From: an uncultured bacterium
GTDB taxonomy: Bacteria > Eisenbacteria > RBG-16-71-46 > CAIMUX01 > WJJG01
DNA length: 64,000 nucleotides
Assembly: GCA_964573295.1 (NCBI GenBank)
Contig: CAZNJE010000022.1
Location: 5,761 to 69,760 of the forward strand
Direction: 5' to 3'
Shown: positions 1-12,029 of the stretch, piece by piece
Layout of the letters: each line of letters begins with the position of its first letter
How positions within the stretch are numbered: the first letter of the stretch is position 1
Position numbers and translations under genes: made by a program
The notes under the pieces: generated by a model
What the model was told of the DNA's origin: nothing
What the model saw: the letters and a program-made list of their open reading frames with translations, nothing else
Databases searched by the model: none

Positions 1-243
1 CTCGACCTCGATCGCGAGATACAGCTCCAGCAGAGCCTGCGCGTTCTCTTCCCCGGATTCGACCGGCCATTCGATGTGGCTCAGCACCTCATCGGGGGAC
101 CAGCTCAAGACCGCCGTACCGGTCATCTCGGCCGGGGCCGGCGCGGCAAGAGCCAACCCCACCAGAAGGTCCAGCACGGCCAGCACTGCCAGCACGGCAA
201 GAATGGCCGGCCGCCGGAGTGGCCGGAGCATCGAGTGCAGCAT
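1..243 (-). CDS. Hypothetical secreted protein, partial; N-terminal signal-peptide-like segment; extends beyond the window start
   Basis: The reverse complement of 1-243 translates as MLHSMLRPLRRPAILAVLAVLAVLDLLVGLALAAPAPAEMTG... The ATG (rc of 241-243) overlaps the pheT TAA stop as TAATG, a coupling arrangement. No stop codon is reached before the window edge. Confidence 0.4.
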   Translation of the reverse strand, partial: MLHSMLRPLRRPAILAVLAVLAVLDLLVGLALAAPAPAEMTGTAVLSWSPDEVLSHIEWPVESGEENAQALLELYLAIEVE

Positions 244-2099
244 TACAGTTTCTCCCTTTCGGCTGAAAACATCTCGAGATCGCCCTCGAGCAGAACCGCG
301 GGATTCTGCAGGTGGAAGCGAGTGAGCACCTCTGGATGAATCTCACCAAATGTAAGGATGCTGGTTCCCTGGGGAACGCTGGCGGATCCGGTCCAGACCG
401 CTTCGGCTACCCGGCCCGCCAGGAAAGGAGGCGCCTGCACCGGCCGCAGCTCCCAGGTTGCACCCAGCTCCCTCAAGATCGCCTCGGCCACCGCCTTGAT
501 GTCTTCGAACCCGCATCGCGTGGCAATCATGCCGCACGCGAACCGGCGGCGCTCTCGGGCTCCGGTCTCGGCGGCGTCGTCCAGCAACGTGACGTCACCT
601 ACCTCGAAGATCCGTTGCGGCAGCGGCTGGGTTACGTTGTGCTCCAGCGTGGCCAGCAAGCCAGGCAGGAGAGAGGCGCGAAGCATCGTCTGCTCGCTGC
701 TGATCGGATGGGCCACCTCCACCACGCCCTGATCTCGCGCCCGCCCCAGAGCATCGTCATGCATCTCGTGGTTGGTGAGCACGAGTGTCATGACCTCCAG
801 GAAACCCAGCCCCTGGAAGGCCACCCGCAGGCGGTTCGAGAGCTCCTCGATCGGATGAGCCCGGCCCACGGTGAAGGTGGGCACAAGAGATTGCGGGATA
901 TTGTGATAGCCGTAGGCGATCGCCAGGTCCTCGATCAGATCGATCTGATGGAGGATGTCATTGCGGTAGGCGGGTACGCCCACGGTCACCTCGTCCTCGC
1001 CGGTTACCTCGGCGTCGTGGCGCATTCGGCGTAGCAGCCCGGCCGCCCGCTCCGGATCGAGCCCGACGCCGATCACTCGCGTCGCCCTCGCCGGGGAAAC
1101 CTTCATGGTTTGCAGCTCAAAATCCGGCGTCACCCGGCGCTGGTCCTCTCCCGGTCCCACGATCTCGACCGCGTGGGCGGTGGCTCCCGGCAGGTTCTCC
1201 AGAAGGCTGCTCACCATGATGTTCAGGGTACGCTCGACGACCCGCTGCCCCAATCCGGTAACATCGATGAAGAGCCGGGTGGATGCGACCGTCACCTTCG
1301 TGCCCTCCGAATTGATGATCGGCGGCATCGAAAGCACCTGTCCGCGCGCATCCTTGAGGACCGGGTAGCGCGCCAGGCCCTTGAGCAGCTGGGCGTAGGC
1401 GGTGCCCTTGGGGTGATCTTCGAGGATCGCTTGCATCGTCACGGCGTGCTCGGCGCCAGGACCGGGCGCACCCAAGGGCGTGAAGCGGAAGCTGGCCGGA
1501 TCCTCGGCCGTGTAGGTGATCTCGCCTTCCAGGGTACTGAGATCGTAGACCCCGATCGAGGCGTGCTTGCGATTACGCCCCACGGCCCAGTGCAGGTTCT
1601 CCTGCAGCTTCATGATGATCTTCAGGCTGTCGAGATCGAGATGCGCGTTCTCGATCACGGCGCACGCGATCCAGGGCCGGTAGGAGTCGGCTTCCCGCAC
1701 GATCGGATCCACCGTGAGCCGCAGCGCAGGCGGCCCGATTTCGTAGCGCGGGGCGCCCGTTTCGGTTCCGCTATAGCCGCGTAGCACGCGTGCCAATCCA
1801 CCCGGATCGAACATGTCCGGACGAACGGCCAGCAGTTCCATTCGGATCACATCCAGGGGGGGCAGTTCCGAGTGGTGTTCCCTGAGGTTGCCGCCGCAGT
1901 TCTCGCACAGCGGAGGCACATCCTCGGTCTCGGTCATCTCGATCGCGCTGCCGCAGGTCTCGCAGCGAACACGCTTGAGCGTGGTGAACCCCTCCACGTC
2001 GCATCCCAGGTGACCCAGCTGAGCCAAGAGGTCGTCCGGACTGGGCTCGGCGCGCATGAGCGTCTGCAATCGTTCGAGCGGGATGCCGATCACCGGCAT
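243..2099 (-). CDS. pheT: Phenylalanine--tRNA ligase beta subunit, archaeal/eukaryal type (~618 aa), with a C4 zinc-ribbon-like insert
   Basis: The 243..2624 ORF is trimmed to the ATG at 2099 (MPVIGIPLERLQTLM), which overlaps the pheS 3' end by ~10 nt. The N-terminus resembles archaeal/eukaryal beta subunits (MPTVSV...-like), not bacterial PheT (MKFSELWL..., ~800 aa). It lies directly downstream of pheS. Confidence 0.8.
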   Translation of the reverse strand: MPVIGIPLERLQTLMRAEPSPDDLLAQLGHLGCDVEGFTTLKRVRCETCGSAIEMTETEDVPPLCENCGGNLREHHSELPPLDVIRMELLAVRPDMFDPGGLARVLRGYSGTETGAPRYEIGPPALRLTVDPIVREADSYRPWIACAVIENAHLDLDSLKIIMKLQENLHWAVGRNRKHASIGVYDLSTLEGEITYTAEDPASFRFTPLGAPGPGAEHAVTMQAILEDHPKGTAYAQLLKGLARYPVLKDARGQVLSMPPIINSEGTKVTVASTRLFIDVTGLGQRVVERTLNIMVSSLLENLPGATAHAVEIVGPGEDQRRVTPDFELQTMKVSPARATRVIGVGLDPERAAGLLRRMRHDAEVTGEDEVTVGVPAYRNDILHQIDLIEDLAIAYGYHNIPQSLVPTFTVGRAHPIEELSNRLRVAFQGLGFLEVMTLVLTNHEMHDDALGRARDQGVVEVAHPISSEQTMLRASLLPGLLATLEHNVTQPLPQRIFEVGDVTLLDDAAETGARERRRFACGMIATRCGFEDIKAVAEAILRELGATWELRPVQAPPFLAGRVAEAVWTGSASVPQGTSILTFGEIHPEVLTRFHLQNPAVLLEGDLEMFSAEREKL

Positions 2100-3628
2100 A
2101 CGGGCACCTCCTTCAACCACTCCAGGTCCGTCAGATACAGCGAGCGCATATCCAGGATGTTGTACTGCAGCATGGCCAATCGTTCGAGGCCTAGTCCCCA
2201 GGCCAGCACGGGACTCGTGCAGCCCAGGGGTTCGGTGACCTCCGGACGGAAGATTCCGGCGCCACCCATCTCGAACCAGTCCTGCTTCTCCGGAAGCCAG
2301 ATGAAGACCTCCACGCTGGGCTCGGTGTAGGGAAAGAAGCCGGGCCGGAACTCGAACTTCTCGAAGCCCATCTTGGTGTAGAAGGCGCCCAGGGTGCCGA
2401 GCAGATGCGCGAAGCTCGCCTGTTGGTCGATGATGATGCCGTCGACCTGTTGAAAGACGGGCAGGTGCTTGTAGTCGATCGCTTCGCGCCGGAAGACCCG
2501 GCCCATGCAGAAGACCTTGCGCGGAGAGGCCGGATTGGCGGCCACCGACCGAGCGCTGGCTGCCGTGTTGTGCGTGCGCAGCACCGCCGTCATCGCCCGC
2601 TTTGGATCCCAGCGGTACTGCCAACCCTGCGAGCCGGTCGCGCCCCCATCCTCGTGGGTGGCCGCCACCCGCTCGACGAGCCCCGTGTCATCCGGCAAGG
2701 GGACTTCGGAGGGCCTCTTCAGATAGAAGGTGTCCTGCATCTCGCGCGCCGGGTGATCCTGCGGTTGGAACAGGGCGTCGAAGTTCCAGAAGGCCGACTC
2801 GACCCAGGGCGTACGCACTTCCTCGAAGCCCATCTCGACGAAGATGCGCCGGGTGGTGTCGAGCACCCGCTGCATCGGATGGGGCTTGCCCGGCGCGATG
2901 GCCGATACGCCCAGATCGATGTCGTAGTTCTTGTAGGTGACCTCGCGCCACTCCCCCGTGGCGATCAGTTCGGGGGTGAGTTGCGCGACCTCGCGTGCTT
3001 CCTCGATTCCTTCCGCGACCGTCTCGCCGCCCGCCGGCGAGAGACGCACGTACCGCCGGCGCTTCTGCTTCACCTCGATCAGCTCCCGGCGGCCCTTGAG
3101 CAGCTCGAGGGCGGCGGCGACGTCGAGTCCTTCTGCGGCCAGATCAGGGGTGCCGGCACGTTGCCCCGGCCGCCGGCTGAGCGCCTCGAGCAGGGCCTCG
3201 TCGGGCCCCGCGCCCGCCAGACCCTCACCGGCCTTCTCTCCCAGAACGAGTTCGGGACCCTTCTTGATGGCCCATCCCTTGGCGGTCAAGAGTTTGAGCG
3301 AGGCGCCCACCTGCCGGGTCTCCAGCCCCGATCGCTCGGGCAACTCCTGCATCGTGAGACCTCGCCCTGCCACGCTCAGGGCCTCGAGAACGCGCCGCTC
3401 GGGCAACTTGCCCTGCACGGCGGCCTCCCCGCCCTCCTTGAGCACGATCTCCTCGAAGGGCGACTCTTCGATCTCGACCAGACCTTGATTCGCCAGGAGC
3501 TGGGCCCCGGCCGCGACCAGCGCCTGGTCGACCTGCAACGTGCCGGCCAAGGCCGGGATCTCGACTGGCTCATCGAGGCCTTCGAGTCCCTTCAGGATCA
3601 AGAACTGCTCGCGAGAAAAAAGGCGCAT
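2090..3628 (-). CDS. pheS: Phenylalanine--tRNA ligase alpha subunit, archaeal/eukaryal type (512 aa) with N-terminal winged-helix extension
   Basis: The C-terminal class II aaRS core reads FRPGFFPYTEPSVEVFIWLPE...GLGLERLAMLQYNILDMRSLY. The SD TGAGGAGGA lies 5 nt upstream of the ATG at 3628. Its length fits the archaeal type, not bacterial PheS (~340 aa). Confidence 0.85.
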   Translation of the reverse strand: MRLFSREQFLILKGLEGLDEPVEIPALAGTLQVDQALVAAGAQLLANQGLVEIEESPFEEIVLKEGGEAAVQGKLPERRVLEALSVAGRGLTMQELPERSGLETRQVGASLKLLTAKGWAIKKGPELVLGEKAGEGLAGAGPDEALLEALSRRPGQRAGTPDLAAEGLDVAAALELLKGRRELIEVKQKRRRYVRLSPAGGETVAEGIEEAREVAQLTPELIATGEWREVTYKNYDIDLGVSAIAPGKPHPMQRVLDTTRRIFVEMGFEEVRTPWVESAFWNFDALFQPQDHPAREMQDTFYLKRPSEVPLPDDTGLVERVAATHEDGGATGSQGWQYRWDPKRAMTAVLRTHNTAASARSVAANPASPRKVFCMGRVFRREAIDYKHLPVFQQVDGIIIDQQASFAHLLGTLGAFYTKMGFEKFEFRPGFFPYTEPSVEVFIWLPEKQDWFEMGGAGIFRPEVTEPLGCTSPVLAWGLGLERLAMLQYNILDMRSLYLTDLEWLKEVPVCR

Positions 3629-3637
3629 GGATCCTCC

Positions 3638-4423
3638 TCACCCCGATTGCGAATGTGTGCTCGCGCGGACCCGCGCGGCCTCACCACAGAGCAGCGCCGC
3701 GGCCGTTTCGGCCCGCAGGCGCCGGGGACCAAGGGTAACACAGGTGGCCCCCGCCTGATGCAGCCGCGTACGCTCGCCATCCGACCAGCCCCCTTCGGGA
3801 CCCACGAGAAGAAGCGTCTCCGCCGGCGCGAAGCCGGCCAGCGTACGGGCCGTCAGCGTCTCACCCGCCGGATCGGCACAGATCAGCCGTGCGCCCTCGC
3901 GCGCAGCCTGCAATTCTATCAAGTCTCCGTGAAGGGCCACCGGCGGGCACAGGGCCCGGCCGGCCTGCTTCATGGCGGCCCTCGCCACCCGGCTCCACCG
4001 ATCGCACTTGCCCTCTGCGCGGGCCAGGCTCCATCCCACCGAACGCTCGGCGCCGAACAGGTCGATCCCCACAACACCCAGCTCGACCGCCTTCTCGATC
4101 GCCCATTCGAGCCGTACCGATGTCCGGATCCAGGCCAGGCCCAGTCGGCCGGCCTGCGCCCGTTCACCGCAGGCCGTCTCGAGCCGGCCCAACCGCACGT
4201 CCATGTGGCTTCCGGTGACCTGCTCCACTACGGCCCGGCACTGGCGGCCCTCGCCGTCGACCAGCACCACCTCGGCGCCCCGCGTGACGCGCAAGACCCG
4301 GGCGGCATGATGGCCTTCCTCTTCCGGCAGGCGTACGACCGCGCCGGGATCCGGCCAGGGCGAGGGCAGGTAGAACCACCGGTGTGACGCCGCGTGGGCG
4401 CCGTTGTCAGCTACGGAAGGCAT
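3638..4423 (-). CDS. rsmE: 16S rRNA (uracil1498-N3)-methyltransferase RsmE
   Basis: The ORF is trimmed to the ATG at 4423 (MPSVADNG...HRWFYLPS, an RsmE-like N-terminus). The glycine-rich SAM site LLVGPEGGWSDGE is typical. It overlaps the dnaJ 3' end by 17 nt. Confidence 0.8.
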   Translation of the reverse strand: MPSVADNGAHAASHRWFYLPSPWPDPGAVVRLPEEEGHHAARVLRVTRGAEVVLVDGEGRQCRAVVEQVTGSHMDVRLGRLETACGERAQAGRLGLAWIRTSVRLEWAIEKAVELGVVGIDLFGAERSVGWSLARAEGKCDRWSRVARAAMKQAGRALCPPVALHGDLIELQAAREGARLICADPAGETLTARTLAGFAPAETLLLVGPEGGWSDGERTRLHQAGATCVTLGPRRLRAETAAALLCGEAARVRASTHSQSG

Positions 4424-5573
4424 CCTTGATCTTCTCGAAGAATCCCTTGCCCGGTTTCGGAGGGCGGACACCGGGCATCCCGGCCAGCTTCTCGAGCAGC
4501 TTCTTCTCCGCCGCGCTCAACTTCTGCGGTGTCCAGACGGTGACCTCCACGTAGAGGTCACCCTGCGCCCGCCCGCGGCCGACCCCGCGCCCGCGCAAGC
4601 GCAAGATCTTTCCCGACTGGATGCCGGCAGGCACCTTGATCTCGACCGGCCCCTCCAGCGTGGGGATCTGCATCTTGTCGCCCAGTGCCGCCTGCGCAAT
4701 GCTGATCGGCAGCCGCAACAGCAAGTCATCGCCCTGGCGCTCGAAGAGCTCGTGAGGCGTCTCATGGATCGCGATCACGAGATCTCCAGCCGGGCTGCCG
4801 CGCCGCCCCACGTTGCCGCCCCCGCGCTTGACCAGTCGCTGCCCGTCAGCGATCCCCGGGGGCACCTGAATCTTGAGTTCTTCGCTGGTTTCGACTCGGC
4901 CTTCTCCCCCACACGATGGGCAGGGATCCTCGACCATGCTGCCCTCACCGCCGCAACGCGTGCAGGCCACCGTGTGCACCACCTGTCCCCACAGGGCCCT
5001 TTGCACCACGCGCACCTGGCCCGTGCCGTTGCACTGCGAGCAGGTCGCTGCCCGCGACCCCGGACGCGCGCCGTTGCCGCCGCAGGTTTCACACATCACC
5101 TTGCGCTTGAGGCGGACGGTTTTCTCGACTCCCTTGGCGATCTCCTCGAGCGAAAGTGATAGCGACAGCCCCAGATCCTCGCCGTGGCGACCCCGGCTGC
5201 TGCGCCGGCCGCCGCCTTCGAACCCGCCACCCATGAAGCTGCTGAACAGGTCCTCGAAGCCGAAGCCCCCGCCGGAATGACGCCGGGCGAACTCGCGAAA
5301 GATCTCCATCGGATCGAAATCCGGTGCCGCGCCGCCGAACCCTCCCCCGGAAACGCCTTCGTGGCCGAAGCGGTCGTACTGCGCCTTCTTCTGCACATCA
5401 CTGAGGACCTGATAGGCCTCCGACACTTCCTTGAAGCGATCTTCGGCCTCCTCGTCCCCCGGATTCTTGTCCGGGTGATACTTGACGGCCAGCCCGTGGT
5501 AGGCCTTCTTGATGACCTCCGGGCTCGCGTCACGCTCGATGCCGAGAACCTCGTAGTAATCTCTCTTGCCCAT
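4407..5573 (-). CDS. dnaJ: Molecular chaperone DnaJ
   Basis: The J-domain MGKRDYYEVLGIERDASPEVIKKAYHGLAVKYHPDKN is present. The G/F region follows. There are four CxxCxGxG zinc-finger repeats: CETCGGNG, CSQCNGTG, CTRCGGEG and CPSCGGEG. The ATG is at 5573. Confidence 0.9.
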   Translation of the reverse strand: MGKRDYYEVLGIERDASPEVIKKAYHGLAVKYHPDKNPGDEEAEDRFKEVSEAYQVLSDVQKKAQYDRFGHEGVSGGGFGGAAPDFDPMEIFREFARRHSGGGFGFEDLFSSFMGGGFEGGGRRSSRGRHGEDLGLSLSLSLEEIAKGVEKTVRLKRKVMCETCGGNGARPGSRAATCSQCNGTGQVRVVQRALWGQVVHTVACTRCGGEGSMVEDPCPSCGGEGRVETSEELKIQVPPGIADGQRLVKRGGGNVGRRGSPAGDLVIAIHETPHELFERQGDDLLLRLPISIAQAALGDKMQIPTLEGPVEIKVPAGIQSGKILRLRGRGVGRGRAQGDLYVEVTVWTPQKLSAAEKKLLEKLAGMPGVRPPKPGKGFFEKIKDAFRS

Positions 5574-5684
5574 ACCCCCCTCTCGGGCTCCTCCGTTTCT
5601 TGCCCGCATCCGCTGCCGCCAGCATTGCCGCATCCTCTGCGGCTACAACTGCCCGCGTTTGCTGCGTGCGTTTGGTTCTGGCCG

Positions 5685-7103
5685 CTATTGTCCGCGCTGC
5701 GCCACGATCGAGCGCAGCGTCAGAAGCAAGATCCGCAGATCGAATCCCAGCGACCAGTTCTCAATATAGTACAGATCATACCGCGTCCGTTCCTCGATCG
5801 GGACGTTGCCCCGCAGGCCGTTGACCTGAGCCCAGCCGGTGATGCCGCTCTTGACGCGGTGGCGGTCGAAATAGCCCGGCACCACCTCCTCGAAGCGATC
5901 CACGAAGAACGGCCGCTCCGGACGCGGCCCCACCAGGCTCATCTCTCCCCTGAGCACATTGAAGAGCTGCGGCAACTCGTCCAGGCTCCACGTGCGCAGA
6001 AACGTCCCCACGCGCGTCCGGCGCGGATCGGCGTTCTCCGCCCAAACCGGACCGGTCCCATCTTCGGCATCGACTCGCATCGAGCGGAACTTGATCATGT
6101 GAAAGACGCGCCGGTCGCGCCCAACCCGCTGTTGGTAGTAGAAGACCGGACCTCGCGATTCCAGCCTGACCGCCAGAGCGATCACGGTCAGCAAGGGCGC
6201 GAGCACGATCAGCAGCGGCACCGTAATGAACAGATCCAGCGTCCGTTTCAGCACCCCGTTCCAACCTGCCAGCGGGATCTCGCACAAGCCCGCGATGGGG
6301 ATGCCGTCGATCTCCTCGAAATGCATCTCGTGCGAGATCAGCGAGAACAGGTCGGGCACGAACTCGACGTCGACCTGATGCGGATTGCATTGGCGCAGGA
6401 TCTCGATGATCCCTTCCTGGCCGGTGAAGGGCAATGCCACGATCACCCGGTCGATCTCACCTTCGGCGACCAGACGGCCGACCTCATCGTAGCGCCCGAG
6501 GACCGGCAAGGGGTCATCGTCGTGCGGCTCGGTGTCCTCACCGGGGCCAGCCAGCAGGCCGACCGGCTGGTGGAGCCCCAAGCCGTCGCGAACCAGCGCA
6601 CGAGCGATCCGCCGGCCCTGCGGTGTCCGTCCCACGACGACGAACTTCAGCGGGCGGTCGCGCTGGATCCAAGCGGCCAGGTGCAGCATGGCCGTGCGTC
6701 CGAGGTAGAGCAGGGGGATCGCCAGCATCCAGATGAGCGGGACCGCGATGCGCGAGTAGGTGAAGTCGCGGTAGAAGAAGGCGACCGCCGCGGTGAGCAC
6801 CATGCCCAGCAACGATGCTTGCAGCATGCGCGGCGCCTGCGCGCTGCCCCACTGCAACCGCCGGCGATAGAGGCCGAAGGCGTGGAAGACGACGATCCAC
6901 ACGCCGGCCGTAACGACCGCGGCGACCGCATAGTTGGCCAGGTCCGGGATGCCCTTTGAAACGTCCCACAGCCGGCCGACCAGCAGCGAGTGAAAACGGA
7001 GCCAATAACCGATCAGAAAGGCGAGCCCGATCGCGAGCAGGTCGCTGACGTGCCAGAGAAACTGGAGCAGCGTCTCTCTCTTTCTACGTTCGACGTGTCC
7101 CAT
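5685..7103 (-). CDS. Polyprenyl-phosphate sugar-1-phosphate transferase (bacterial sugar transferase family, WbaP/PssY-like)
   Basis: The N-terminal half has multiple TM segments. The C-terminal domain reads ...[27 protein letters not shown]...[27 protein letters not shown]..., which is typical of PF02397. Confidence 0.75.
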   Translation of the reverse strand: MGHVERRKRETLLQFLWHVSDLLAIGLAFLIGYWLRFHSLLVGRLWDVSKGIPDLANYAVAAVVTAGVWIVVFHAFGLYRRRLQWGSAQAPRMLQASLLGMVLTAAVAFFYRDFTYSRIAVPLIWMLAIPLLYLGRTAMLHLAAWIQRDRPLKFVVVGRTPQGRRIARALVRDGLGLHQPVGLLAGPGEDTEPHDDDPLPVLGRYDEVGRLVAEGEIDRVIVALPFTGQEGIIEILRQCNPHQVDVEFVPDLFSLISHEMHFEEIDGIPIAGLCEIPLAGWNGVLKRTLDLFITVPLLIVLAPLLTVIALAVRLESRGPVFYYQQRVGRDRRVFHMIKFRSMRVDAEDGTGPVWAENADPRRTRVGTFLRTWSLDELPQLFNVLRGEMSLVGPRPERPFFVDRFEEVVPGYFDRHRVKSGITGWAQVNGLRGNVPIEERTRYDLYYIENWSLGFDLRILLLTLRSIVAQRGQ

Positions 7104-7119
7104 CAGCTACCTCTGGCGG

Positions 7120-8211
7120 CTATTCGAGCGCCATGGCCACTTCCTCTTCCATGCGCACGCGGAAGCCCGCGCGCGAGAAGTTCTCCGCGCGGCGGCGCGC
7201 GTCGGCCGGAGCCAGGCCCACCTGTTCGAGCTTCTCGATCGCCTCGGCCATCGCCTCGACCGTCTGCTCCTGGAAGAAGATGCCCGTGCGCCCCGGTTGA
7301 ACGGTCTCGAGCACGCCGCCGGTTCCGTACGCCACCACCGGCGTTCCGCAGGCCATGGCCTCGAGCGGCACGATACCGAAATCCTCCTCACCCGGGAAGA
7401 GCAGCGCCTGCGCGCCCTGGAGCAACCCGTGCAACTGCTCGAATTCCACCCATCCGAGGAATTCGGTGTTTGCCCCGGCTCGCCTCTCGAGTCGCCTACG
7501 TTCGACGCCGCTGCCCACGACCACCAGGCGCTTGCCGAGCTGACGAGCGGCGTCGATGGCCAGATCCACCCGTTTGTAGGGCACCAGCGCGGAGATGACC
7601 AGCAAGTAGTCGCCCCGCGGCCGCTGTGGGTCGAACCGAAACGCCTCGAGATCCACCCAGGGATGGACCACGCTGGCCTCCCGGGCGTAGTAGCGCAGGA
7701 TCCGCGCGGCTACGTTGTGCGAGTTTGCAACGAAGTGATCCACCCGCAGGGAGGTCACCACGTCCCAGTTACGCAACCAGGTCGCCATTGGAGGCAGGAG
7801 CCATGAGAAGGGGAAGCCGTAGCGCTTCCCGCCGAAGTAGTGCTCGTAGAGGAGCCAGACGTAGCGCATGGGTGTGTGGCAGTAACACACGTGGACCGTG
7901 CCAGGGTGGATAACCACCCCCTTGGCGGCCGCATGGCTGCTCGAGAGCACCAGGTCGTAGCCGCGCAAGTCGAAGCGCTCGATCGCCGCCGGGTAGAGCG
8001 GAAGGTAGTGCTGATACTTCTTCGGGCCCCAGGGAGCCCGCTGCAAGAAGGAGGTGTGGATCGGGTGGCTCGCGATGGCGCCGCTGACCGAACCGGGACG
8101 GTGGACGAGCGTGTAGATCGGCGCCTCGGGAAACATCTCGCAGAAGACCTCGAGGCACTTCTCGCCGCCCCGCATGCCGGTCAGCCAGTCGTGGACCAGC
8201 GCTACCCTCAC
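7120..8211 (-). CDS. Glycosyltransferase family 4 (group 1)
   Basis: The N-terminus MRVALVHDWLTGMRGGEKCLE is a GT4 N-domain. The C-terminus GEEDFGIVPLEAMACGTPVVAYGTGGVLETV carries the E-x7-E-like motif. Confidence 0.75.
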   Translation of the reverse strand: MRVALVHDWLTGMRGGEKCLEVFCEMFPEAPIYTLVHRPGSVSGAIASHPIHTSFLQRAPWGPKKYQHYLPLYPAAIERFDLRGYDLVLSSSHAAAKGVVIHPGTVHVCYCHTPMRYVWLLYEHYFGGKRYGFPFSWLLPPMATWLRNWDVVTSLRVDHFVANSHNVAARILRYYAREASVVHPWVDLEAFRFDPQRPRGDYLLVISALVPYKRVDLAIDAARQLGKRLVVVGSGVERRRLERRAGANTEFLGWVEFEQLHGLLQGAQALLFPGEEDFGIVPLEAMACGTPVVAYGTGGVLETVQPGRTGIFFQEQTVEAMAEAIEKLEQVGLAPADARRRAENFSRAGFRVRMEEEVAMALE

Positions 8212-9410
8212 GAGATCCCCTCCTCCAGCGCGCGGATCACCTCCACGAAAACGCTGTTCGAGACGAAGTAGGCCTCCGGCGAGAGCTTCAGGCCCTCGCG
8301 GTCGGCCTCGAGGAAACCGCTGTTCGTCAGGAAACGCACCCGTTGCTTGAACCGATCGGGCAAGGGCTGTCCCAGGGCGGCCTCGAGCGCATCCCAGGTG
8401 ATGCCCTCGGCCAAGCGCAGCCCCAGGTAGATCATCTCCTTGGCTGCATCCAGCTTCGTCAGCCGCAGACGTTCCTCGACCGGCCGCCGGCCGCGCTCGA
8501 GCAGGCAGGTCAGGTACTCATCCAGATCGGCGCTGTTGCGCCAGCGGACCTCGCCGTCGAACGAGTGTGCGGCCGGACCCAGACCCTGGTACGGCTTGCG
8601 ACCCCAGGTGGCCACGTTGTGGCGAGCCCGCTTACCGGGACGGGCGAAGTTGGAAATCTCGTACTGCTCGTAGCCCGCGCCGAGCAGCAACTCCCGGGTC
8701 CGCTGGTACTGCAGCAGGAGCGTCTCCTCCAGCGGCGATTCGGCGTAGCCGCCGCGCAAGAGATCCTCGAGGACCGTGTTGACTTCCGGGGTAAGCAAGT
8801 AGCAGGAAATGTGGTCGGGCCCGAAACGGAGGGTCTCCTCCACGTTGGCGATCCAGCGCTCCAGCGACTGCCCCGGCAATCCATAGATCAGATCGATGCT
8901 GATGTTCTGACAGCCGAACTCACGCAGCTCGGTGAGGGCCAGCCGCACCCGGTCGGCCGTCGCGCGCCGCCCGAGGAACGTCAATTCGCCATCGTGGAAT
9001 GATTGCACCCCCACGCTGATCCGGGTGACACCGTGTTGGAGCGAGCTTTCGACGAACGCGCCGTCCACATCCTCGGGATTGACCTCCGTGGTGACCTCGC
9101 AGTCGGGCGTCCACGGCGCGATCCCCGCCAGCACCGCCAGCAAGCGACCGAGTCTCTCCGCACCCAGGAGCGAAGGGGTGCCTCCCCCCACGTAGACGGT
9201 CTCGATCGAGGGCAGTGTCGCGGCCTTCTCCAGATCCTCGCGCAGCACGACGGCTTCGGCTTGCATGGCGCGTAGGAAGGGATCCTGCTCGCTCAGACGG
9301 TCGCACAGGCTGTAGAATCCGCAATAGTGGCACTTGCTGCGGCAAAACGGCACATGGGCATACAGGGACAGCCCCTCGCGCGATTCGCCTTCGCCCCCCT
9401 TGCTCATCAC
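8208..9410 (-). CDS. hemW: Radical SAM heme chaperone HemW (oxygen-independent coproporphyrinogen-III oxidase-like)
   Basis: The radical-SAM motif CRSKCHYCGF lies near the N-terminus (LYAHVPFCRSKCHYCGFY). HemN/HemW-like downstream motifs are present. The position downstream of lepA/lepB is common in bacteria. Confidence 0.8.
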   Translation of the reverse strand: MMSKGGEGESREGLSLYAHVPFCRSKCHYCGFYSLCDRLSEQDPFLRAMQAEAVVLREDLEKAATLPSIETVYVGGGTPSLLGAERLGRLLAVLAGIAPWTPDCEVTTEVNPEDVDGAFVESSLQHGVTRISVGVQSFHDGELTFLGRRATADRVRLALTELREFGCQNISIDLIYGLPGQSLERWIANVEETLRFGPDHISCYLLTPEVNTVLEDLLRGGYAESPLEETLLLQYQRTRELLLGAGYEQYEISNFARPGKRARHNVATWGRKPYQGLGPAAHSFDGEVRWRNSADLDEYLTCLLERGRRPVEERLRLTKLDAAKEMIYLGLRLAEGITWDALEAALGQPLPDRFKQRVRFLTNSGFLEADREGLKLSPEAYFVSNSVFVEVIRALEEGIS

Positions 9411-9420
9411 CTGCTCCCGT

Positions 9421-10175
9421 TCATCGAACGATGGTCAAGATCCGTTCCCATCGCGGCGTGCTCCGATCGGCGTCCCAGGAGAAGTACCGCAGGAACGCCC
9501 GGCCGAGCACACGCTCGACCGGCACCGTTCCCCAGAACCGGCTGTCACGGCTGTTGTCGCGATTGTCACCCATGACGAAGACCTCTCCCCGCGGCACCTC
9601 GACCGGTCCGAAATTGTCGCGTACCGCCAGGCGTCCCGCGTCCGTATGCTGCACGAAAGCCTCCTCGACCGCAACGCCGTCGACGAGCAGGGCCTTGTCG
9701 CGCACCTCCACTGTCTGGCCGCCCACCGCGACGACCCGCTTGATGTAATCGATCATCGCGCCGTCCTCACCCTCCGGGCCGGAGGAGCGTTCGAAGACGA
9801 TGACGTCTCCCGGTGCGATCTCGCGCAGGCCCGGCAACCGGCCGCCCACGATCGGCACCAGGGCCCCGTACTCGAACTTCGTGATGAACAGGTAGTCGCC
9901 CACCAGAAGCGTTTGCTCCATCGACGGCGAGGGGATCCGAAAGGCCTGCACCACGAATGCTCTCAAGAAACCGAAGAGCAGCAGCGCGATCAATAGACTC
10001 TCGGCAACTTCCCGCAGCGGATGGAGGCGACGGATCCCCCGGCCCGACGGTTCGATCATCGGGCCGGAGCCTTCGCCGGCGTCTCCGTGGACTTCGGCGC
10101 GCGCCCCACGTTTGCCGGGTGCGCCGGGGGCAGACTTCGGGCTCTGGTTCGGAAGCGTCTGGCCATCGGCCGGTG

Positions 10176-10179
<4 letters not shown>
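9421..10179 (-). CDS. lepB: Signal peptidase I
   Basis: Catalytic boxes are RIPSPSMEQTL (Ser box), GDYLFITKF, GDNRDNSRDSRFWG and VLGRAF. The ATG at 10179 overlaps the lepA stop as ATGA. Confidence 0.85.
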
Positions 10180-12005
<1,826 letters not shown>

Positions 12006-12029
12006 ATACTCCTCGGTTGCCCCTCCCGA

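Noticed and set aside
2405-4387. 660-aa plus-strand ORF
   Set aside because: It is antisense to pheS and rsmE. Its composition is Arg/Pro/Gly-rich, typical of GC-driven spurious frames.
5184-6959. 591-aa plus-strand ORF and other long plus-strand ORFs (9957..11519, 28230..29375, 39135..40202, 49143..50612, 53828..55984)
   Set aside because: All are antisense to strongly supported genes (dnaJ/sugar transferase, lepA, dprA/HEAT, pilQ, pilR, pilT/pilB) and lack motifs.
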